A DNA stretch of 62,387 bases, filler included. It is 5 parts of 5 records of this genome, joined end to end, with 100 filler letters (N's around TTAATTAATTAA, not from the genome) between each part and the next. Parts side by side here need not be neighbours in the genome. Positions count along the whole stretch, not along the records: positions 53,468 to 62,387 come from DRR723986_8997; 4 more parts are not named here. The stretch is one strand, 5' to 3'. Made by a program: the position numbers and the translations under genes. Below are positions 56,595 to 62,387 of the stretch, piece after piece (position 1 is the first letter of the stretch; each line of letters starts with the position of its first letter). Below the pieces are notes generated by a model. That model was given only the letters and a program-made list of their open reading frames with translations. It did not search any database and had not been told where the DNA came from.

Positions 56595-57209
56595 TCAGAA
56601 CAGCTTTTCCTCGCGCGCGATGATCGCCGCCTGCGTACGGTTGTTGACGTCGAGCTTGCGGTAGAGCGTCTTCATGTGCAGCTTGATCGTCGGCTCGGTC
56701 AGATCGAGGTCGCGCGCGATTTCCTTGTTGGATTTGCCCTTCGACAGACCTTCGAGGACCTGCAACTCCCGCGGGGTCAGCTTTTCCACAAGGGGATGCG
56801 TTTCCGCCTTGTCGGGTGCGGTCATGAAATCGATGGGGGCATATTGTTCACCCATGGCCATGAAGCGCACCGCATTGACCAATGATTTCGCGGGCAGCGT
56901 CTTGGGCACGAAACCGGCCGCGCCGATGGCCAGCGCTTCTTCGGCAATCTCCCGCGTGGCCTGCCCCGAGATCAGCGCGACCCGCTGTCCACCCTGCAGC
57001 GTCAGGGCCCGCCGAAGACCGTCCAGCCCGTCCATGCCGGGCATCTTGTAGTCGAGCAGCACCAGATCGTAGGGCGCGTCTTCCTCGATGCGGCGGACCG
57101 CTTCGTCGAAGGTCGCGGCGCTGCCGAGTTCGATGCCGTCCTCGGCCCCGAGAAAGGCGATCAGCGTGTCGCGCAACAGGTCGTGGTCGTCGGCAATCAG
57201 AACTCTCAT
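56595..57209 (-). CDS. NarL/LuxR-family response regulator
   Basis: MRVLIADDH, DLVLLDYKMPG, AAGFVPK, LTPRELQVL..GKSNKEIARDL..TIKLH. Confidence 0.94.
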   Translation of the reverse strand: MRVLIADDHDLLRDTLIAFLGAEDGIELGSAATFDEAVRRIEEDAPYDLVLLDYKMPGMDGLDGLRRALTLQGGQRVALISGQATREIAEEALAIGAAGFVPKTLPAKSLVNAVRFMAMGEQYAPIDFMTAPDKAETHPLVEKLTPRELQVLEGLSKGKSNKEIARDLDLTEPTIKLHMKTLYRKLDVNNRTQAAIIAREEKLF

Positions 57210-57496
57210 CAATCGGCTTCCGGTCATGTGGAACAGGGCAGTGGGCAGGTGGGCAACCAACGCAGGATTCGAGTGCTCCGGCAGTTTCGCTACGAAATAC
57301 TCGCATATCCCGTCTATCCCTTCGAAGGGGCGTTGCCAATTCCGGATGGGCCGAAACACCCGCTGGAGACAGGGCCGGGGAATTGGCGCCCGCTTCGACC
57401 CGCAAGCCCGCGAGTCCCATCCGAGCGCGGAATTGCCCGCGGAGGAGGGCTCGGATCATGTCGGGGAAGCTCTGTCCCCGCCGAAAGGTCCCTGCC

Positions 57497-58876
57497 ATGA
57501 TCCCTGTCCACGCCGCCCAATTCCTCGAACGTTGCGAACCCGCGACACGTCTTCCGACGCGGACCGTCCTTGGCCTGCCTCTGGCCGATACCGCTGCACC
57601 GGAGGTCATCGCGCGCCTGCTGGACGGAAACCGGCACAGCGTCTTCTTCCTGAACGCGCATTGCGCCAACCTGCGCGAGGCCAATCGGAGCTATCGCGAT
57701 GCGCTCGCCCGGGCCAGCCATGTGCTGCCCGACGGCATCGGGATCGAACTGGCCGCGCGGATCGCCGGCAGCCCCCCGACCAGGAACCTCAATGGTACGG
57801 ATTTCACGCCCGAGCTGCTGCGAGAGGCCCGCGACCGGGGTCTCTCCGTTTTCCTGTTCGGTGCGACACCGGGCACGGCAGAGCAGGCGGCGCGTCGGCT
57901 GGCCCGCGACATTCCCGGCCTGCGTATCGCGGGCACGCGGAACGGCTTCGACGAGGCACGGGATACGGAAGAGGCCATTGCGCGGATCAACGCCTCGGGC
58001 GCCGATGTGGTCCTCGTGGCCATGGGGGTCCCGAAACAGGAGCTGTGGATCGACGCGCACCGCCATCGGCTGGATGCGAGGGTCGTCATGGGCGTGGGCG
58101 CCCTCTTCGACTTTCTCTCGGGAAACGTCGCGCGGGCGCCGCTTCGGCTGCGGCGCGCCAGGCTCGAATGGCTCTGGCGGCTGATGCAGGAGCCGCGCCG
58201 CATGGCACGTCGCTATCTGTTGGGCAACGTGACCTTCGTGGTCCGGGCGACACGCCATTCGATACGTCAATCGCGCCCCGAGATGCGCGCCAAGCGGTCC
58301 CTCGACCTTGCAGGAAGTGCCGCGCTGATCACTCTCTTCTCGCCGCTGCTGATCCTGATCGCCCTGCTGATCCGTCTGGACAGTCCCGGCCCGGCCCTGT
58401 TCCGGCAGGTCCGGATCGGGCGGGATGGGCGGCCCTTCACCATCCTGAAGTTCCGCAGCATGTACCGCGACGCCGAGGCCCGGCAGGCCGAGGTTGGCGC
58501 GTCTTCGGATCGCGAAGGGCTGTGTTTCAAGTCACGGCATGATCCACGGGTGACGCGTATGGGGCGCTTCCTGCGGCGCACGTCTCTGGACGAGCTGCCG
58601 CAGATCCTGAACGTGCTGTTCGGGCAGATGTCCCTCGTCGGCCCCCGTCCCGCGCTGCCGTCCGAAGTCGCCGCGTATCCCGCCGCGGCAGTGGAGCGGC
58701 TCTCCGTGCGCCCCGGCATCACCGGGCTTTGGCAGGTGGCCGGACGCGCTGACATCGGTTTCGACAAGATGGTCGACATGGACGTCGCCTATGTCCGCTC
58801 CCGCAGCCTGATCGTGGATCTGCTGATCCTTGCCATGACGGCACGGGCGGTCGTCAGTGGACGCGGAGCCTACTGA
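57497..58876 (+). CDS. WecB/TagA/CpsF glycosyltransferase fused to a priming sugar (phosphoglycosyl) transferase
   Basis: FLNAH, LPDGIG, NLNGTD, VAMGVPKQE, MGVGALFDF, LEWLWRL..EPRRM..RY, then KRSLD, KFRSM, DPRVT..GRFLR.TSLDELPQ, SLVGPRP, PGITGLWQV. Confidence 0.92.
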   Translation: MIPVHAAQFLERCEPATRLPTRTVLGLPLADTAAPEVIARLLDGNRHSVFFLNAHCANLREANRSYRDALARASHVLPDGIGIELAARIAGSPPTRNLNGTDFTPELLREARDRGLSVFLFGATPGTAEQAARRLARDIPGLRIAGTRNGFDEARDTEEAIARINASGADVVLVAMGVPKQELWIDAHRHRLDARVVMGVGALFDFLSGNVARAPLRLRRARLEWLWRLMQEPRRMARRYLLGNVTFVVRATRHSIRQSRPEMRAKRSLDLAGSAALITLFSPLLILIALLIRLDSPGPALFRQVRIGRDGRPFTILKFRSMYRDAEARQAEVGASSDREGLCFKSRHDPRVTRMGRFLRRTSLDELPQILNVLFGQMSLVGPRPALPSEVAAYPAAAVERLSVRPGITGLWQVAGRADIGFDKMVDMDVAYVRSRSLIVDLLILAMTARAVVSGRGAY

Positions 58877-58895
58877 ACGTCGGTCACCGGGCAGC

Positions 58896-58913
58896 CCTAT
58901 CGGAATGGATGGT
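58896..58913. promoter_or_regulatory. Degenerate copy of the CCTATCC-N4-GGATAGG motif
   Basis: CCTATCG-gaat-GGATGGT, upstream of the decayed periplasmic/kinase genes. Confidence 0.45.
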
Positions 58914-58991
58914 CATCCGGTCCCGAAGACCCGGTGACCATCCTGCCGGTGCGGTGGCAAGTCCGGATCGTGGCGTCCGGGAGTTCCGCCC

Positions 58992-59431
58992 ATGATCCAG
59001 TCGACCCGCCTCGCTGCCGTCCTGCCGCCGTGCAGCCTCGCCCCCGCAGCGGCGGCAGAGACGTGCCCGCGCCCGAAGGTCCGGTCCCTCTGACGGTCTC
59101 TGGCACCATCGCGCGGACCGATGCTGGCGATACGGCGCAATTCGACCATGCGATGCCTCGGGCGCTTGGGGAAACCGAGGTCGTGAGCGACACGATCTGG
59201 ACCCCGGGCACCCACCGCGTCACCGGCATTCCACTGGAAACCCTTCTGGACGCCGTCGGCGCCGGGGGCGCCCTTCTGGAGGCCACGGCGATCACCGATG
59301 ACCTCGTCTTGATCCCCGCGTCGGACACAACGGCGGAGGGGCCGTTCATGGCCTGGGCCATGGATGGCAAGGCCATATCCCGCCGCGCCAAGGGTCCCCA
59401 TCATACCCGATCACCTGCGCGGCGCGCATGA
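58992..59431 (+). pseudogene. Decayed periplasmic molybdopterin-oxidoreductase-like (COG3915-type) gene
   Basis: ATG 58992 after GGGAG encodes a signal-like MIQSTRLAAVL... that is out of frame with PEGPVPLTVSG..FD..TIWT.G..GIPL..LLD..DGKAISRRAKGP. The C-terminus expected after KGP is absent. Confidence 0.65.
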
Positions 59432-59967
59432 GGCCGGCATGGCGCGGCTGCGCGCCGCCGGCGAGATGAAGGTCGTGGGTCATGGGCGCCTGCGGCTGGA
59501 AGCCCGGCGCCGGAACGGCGAGGCCCTCCCCGGTGGAACTGGCCCTGCGGAAAGCCCGCGCCGGCGCAGGGCCGAACGCCGAAACGCCGATCCTCGCCGT
59601 ATCCGCCAATGTCCTGCCCGAGGCGCGGGACAGGTTCGTCGCCGCCGGAATGTCCGGGTTTCCGGCCAAGCCACTGGACCCCGACAGCCTTGCATGCGTC
59701 ATTGCGCGCATTGTTCCGAAGGATCACGAGACCGCCCAGCCTGACGCCCCCCCCTGCCGGGTGCCGCCGATGTACCCGTGCCCTTTCGCGCTCGATGCCC
59801 CGATCGCGCGGTATCAGTCCGAGGTTGGTGCCTTCTTTGCCCGCGATCCCTCCGACGGCAGCCCGAAAGACCTCGCGGAAGAGGCCCACTGCATCGCAGG
59901 CAGCGCGGCGGCCTTTGGGCAGACGGCCCTGCAAGCCGCGACGCCGAAGCCGCGAGCCTTGCGCTGA
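59400..59967 (+). pseudogene. Collapsed remnant of a PAS-receiver-Hpt hybrid sensor kinase
   Basis: PAS fragment IIPDHLRGAHEAGMARL...RLEARRRNGEALP, frameshift, VELAL, then a receiver C-half (TPILAVSANVL..RDRFVAAGMSGFPAKPL) and an Hpt fragment (AHCIAGSAAAFG). HisKA and HATPase domains are missing. Confidence 0.7.
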
Positions 59968-60025
59968 CCGAAGCCCGCGCCGCCCGCGACGCGGCCCCGG
60001 CCCCGTCGCTGGGCGGCCAGGGTCC

Positions 60026-61273
60026 CTAGGGAATCATCAGCGCGACGCCTGCGACACCGCCGACCACCCGGCCGATCTCGGCCAGATTGGTGACGCGGCT
60101 GTCGTAGCAGGCAATGGAGTCGCCCGGCAGCAGGTAGGGGTCGTAGTCGTCGCGGTCGGCGCGGCGCAACTGGTCCTCGATGCTGCGTTCGATCACGATG
60201 GAGACGCCGGTCATCGGGTCGCGGGTGAACAGCACCGCCGACCGGTGCGCGCTGCTGGCCCGCGCGCCGCCGACGCAGTTGGTGTCCACCACCGCCTGCA
60301 TGAAACGCGTGCCATAGGGCACTTCGCGGACGTCCCGACCGATGGCGGAGGGCGCGTTGCCGGTCGCGGGCTGGGTGAGGTTCGACAGGAACAGCGAGAT
60401 CCCCGGCGGGCTGATCGGCCCAGGCCGCATCAGGTCGTCCTGAAAGCACCGGCGCGACGGCACGACGATCTCGTCGCCCGCAAGCAGCACGATATCCGTC
60501 ATGTGGCGCCCCTCGAAGACGCCGCGCAGGTCCAGAATGTGCCGATGCCCGGCGCGGTTCAGCTCGATCCGTGACAGATCGGCGTCGGGGCGCACCCCAC
60601 CGGCGGCCCGCAGCGCGGTCGAAAGGTTGCGGCCCTCGGTCGAGGCGCCAATGGCACCCTGCCGCGCCCGGTCGATCTCGGCCCCCGGGCGCAGACCCAC
60701 CTCGACCGCATGAGGCTCGAAGACCGCGCCCGATACCGCGACCCGGACGCTGGCCATATCGACCAGACGGACCGACAGGCGCGGCGCGCTGTCGTAGAAC
60801 CCGCCCTCTCGCAGAAGCCGGTCGAGATCCTGTTCGATGTCATCCGTGGTGCGCCCCTGCGCCGGGATCGGCGGCAGGAAGGGCAACTTCAGCAGCCCGT
60901 CCCGAGAGATCACGTAGTCGCCGTTGAAGGTCTCGTCATCGCCGACGCGGATGTCGAGAAGGTCGTCGCGGGTCAGCCGCTCTCCGCGCAGGGCAAGCGC
61001 CACGAGGCCGTCGCCCTTGCCCGCCGCTGCCGTCTCCGCCATTCCGCCGGACAGGCAGGTCTCTGCGTTCATGCGGGTCGAGATCAGCATGTCGCGGCTC
61101 CGGCGCGGCGGGTCGCGGTACTGCGCCTGAAAGCCGCCCCCGGACTGGACAGGCGCGATATTCTTCGGGGCGGGCGCAGCACCGCACCCGGCCAGAAGCG
61201 ACAGGCACAACGCCGTCGCGATCTGGGTCGCGGCGCGTCGGGGCGAAAAATGTTTCTTTGAAGACAAGGGCAT
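60026..61273 (-). CDS. Wza-like polysaccharide export outer-membrane lipoprotein
   Basis: Lipobox LLAGC, poly_export motif (DGLLKLPFLPPIPAQGRT), SLBB repeats (VAVSGAV..P, AAGG, ADLSRI, L.GD.I.VP). Confidence 0.88.
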   Translation of the reverse strand: MPLSSKKHFSPRRAATQIATALCLSLLAGCGAAPAPKNIAPVQSGGGFQAQYRDPPRRSRDMLISTRMNAETCLSGGMAETAAAGKGDGLVALALRGERLTRDDLLDIRVGDDETFNGDYVISRDGLLKLPFLPPIPAQGRTTDDIEQDLDRLLREGGFYDSAPRLSVRLVDMASVRVAVSGAVFEPHAVEVGLRPGAEIDRARQGAIGASTEGRNLSTALRAAGGVRPDADLSRIELNRAGHRHILDLRGVFEGRHMTDIVLLAGDEIVVPSRRCFQDDLMRPGPISPPGISLFLSNLTQPATGNAPSAIGRDVREVPYGTRFMQAVVDTNCVGGARASSAHRSAVLFTRDPMTGVSIVIERSIEDQLRRADRDDYDPYLLPGDSIACYDSRVTNLAEIGRVVGGVAGVALMIP

Positions 61274-61344
61274 GGGGATTCTCTCGTAAAGGCGCCCCCT
61301 GCATAGCCCAACAGGTCCGGCAAGGCGCCCACGGGGGCGGATGG

Positions 61345-61370
61345 GCGACCTGTCCGTCCGGATAGGTCGC
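61345..61370. promoter_or_regulatory. Inverted repeat between divergent wza and wzx
   Basis: GCGACCTGTCC-gtcc-GGATAGGTCGC, containing the CCT(A/G)TCC-N4-GGATAGG core. Confidence 0.6.
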
Positions 61371-61467
61371 GGGACGAAGGCGGCGCTTGCCCCTCCTGCC
61401 GCGCGCGGGACAGCCCGCTGCGGGCCCGGCTATGGGTTAACCGACCCTGAACAGGAGCCCGTCCCGA

Positions 61468-62387
61468 GTGTCCCGCCCCAATTCTCTATTCGGCCAGTTG
61501 ATGGCCTATGGCGCCTCGGAAGTCGCCACGAAGCTGTCGCGGCTGGGCGTGGTGATCGCCGTCGCCCGCACGCTCGACCTTGCCGAGATCGGCATGGCCG
61601 CCGCGGCGCTTGCCACGGGCGACCTGCTGAAGTCGCTGGCCGAGAACGGGGTCGTCCAGCGCATCGTCGCAGCCCCCGAAGAGCACCTCGCCGCCACCTG
61701 CAACCGGGCGCATCGCCTGAACTGGGTCTGGTGCGCGGGGCTGTTCACGGTTCAGGCCGCGACGGCCCTGGCCCTCTGGCTCGCCACCGGCAATGCCGTG
61801 CTGGCGGCGCTGGTTCTGATCCTCGCCGGGGAATACCTGTTCATGCCCGGCGGGCTGGTCCAATGCGGCCTTGCGCTGCGCGCGGGCAAACTCAAGCAGA
61901 CCGCCGCCATCGCCGGCACGCAGGCCGTGACCGCCAACCTGATGTCGGTCCTGCTGGCGGTGCTGTGGCCTTCGGCCATCGCGCTGGTGCTGCCGCGGCT
62001 GCTGACCGCGCCGGTCTGGCTGTGGGCCATGCGCCGCCTGCACCCGTGGCGACCCGATCCCGCCGCCGGGCTGGCACCCACCGCCGGGTTCCTGCGGTTC
62101 GGCGGCCCGGTTCTGGGAACCGAAGTCATCCGGACGGCACGCCTGCACGCGGACAAGCTGGTCATCGGCGCGCTTCTCGGCCCTGAACTGCTGGGCGCCT
62201 ACTTCATGGCCTTCAACGCGGGCCTGAGCCTTGCCACCTCCTTTTCGACGGCCTTTGCCGCCGTTCTCTTTCCCCACCTCTGCCGCGCACCCTCTCGCGC
62301 CGTGGCGCTGCGGGACGGGCTGCGCCTCTCGCTCTGCCTGATCACGCCGGCGGTCGTGGCGCAGGCCCTGCTGGCGCCGTGGTATGT
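61468..62387 (+). CDS. Wzx-like oligosaccharide flippase, 5' part (runs off the window)
   Basis: Not in the ORF track. Manual translation from GTG 61468 (AGGAG upstream): MSRPNSLFGQLMAYGASEVATKLSRL...ARTLDLAEIG...ADKLVIGALLGPELLGAYFMAFNAG. Confidence 0.85.
   Translation, partial: MSRPNSLFGQLMAYGASEVATKLSRLGVVIAVARTLDLAEIGMAAAALATGDLLKSLAENGVVQRIVAAPEEHLAATCNRAHRLNWVWCAGLFTVQAATALALWLATGNAVLAALVLILAGEYLFMPGGLVQCGLALRAGKLKQTAAIAGTQAVTANLMSVLLAVLWPSAIALVLPRLLTAPVWLWAMRRLHPWRPDPAAGLAPTAGFLRFGGPVLGTEVIRTARLHADKLVIGALLGPELLGAYFMAFNAGLSLATSFSTAFAAVLFPHLCRAPSRAVALRDGLRLSLCLITPAVVAQALLAPWY

Noticed and set aside
56882-57496. 205-aa N-terminal extension of the WecB fusion ORF
   Set aside because: Overlaps the opposite-strand response regulator and promoter, and is low-complexity Arg/Pro-rich; ATG 57497 is the more plausible start.
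1-62387. CRISPR arrays, tRNA/rRNA genes, integrases or intact transposases
   Set aside because: None recognised by eye in any contig; short or degenerate elements could have been missed.

Overview
The window is five contigs joined by artificial 100-bp linkers (44 N + TTAATTAATTAA + 44 N). Gene content points to Rhodobacteraceae/Roseobacter-like alphaproteobacteria, and adjacency across linkers has no biological meaning. Contig 1 (1-23310) has an anaerobic-respiration island (5' end of clade I nosZ, nosR, nnrS, nnrU, an orphan ORF, ubiV-ubiU-ubiT, ubiD-ubiX, feoA-feoB). Each promoter region there carries a TTGAC-N4-(G/A)TCAA CRP/FNR-family box. A sugar/ketose locus follows (DhaK-DhaL fusion, DhaL, SorC-DhaK fusion regulator, LsrB-like ABC transporter, PfkB kinase). 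Contig 2 (23411-31428) has guaA, a DUF2270-like gene, an MttB-family gene, the divergent GTA regulator pair (gafA-like and a small partner) with CtrA-like sites, catalase-oxyR and a peroxiredoxin. Contig 3 (31529-39518) has a polyol SBP/LacI pair, slyX, hisS-hisZ-hisG, a porin-like gene, a DUF1489-like gene and the 5' end of nrdJ. Contig 4 (39619-53367) is accessory: a sensor-less HisKA_2 kinase, a transglutaminase-like gene, a giant NdvB/Cgs-like glucan synthase, a small basic ORF, a PRC-barrel gene and a Phd/PemK-like TA pair. Contig 5 (53468-62387) is a GC-rich Wzx/Wzy exopolysaccharide cluster with a LuxR-family response regulator, a recurring CCTATCC-N4-GGATAGG inverted repeat and a collapsed hybrid sensor kinase pseudogene. 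All family calls come from motif recognition by eye, not database searches.
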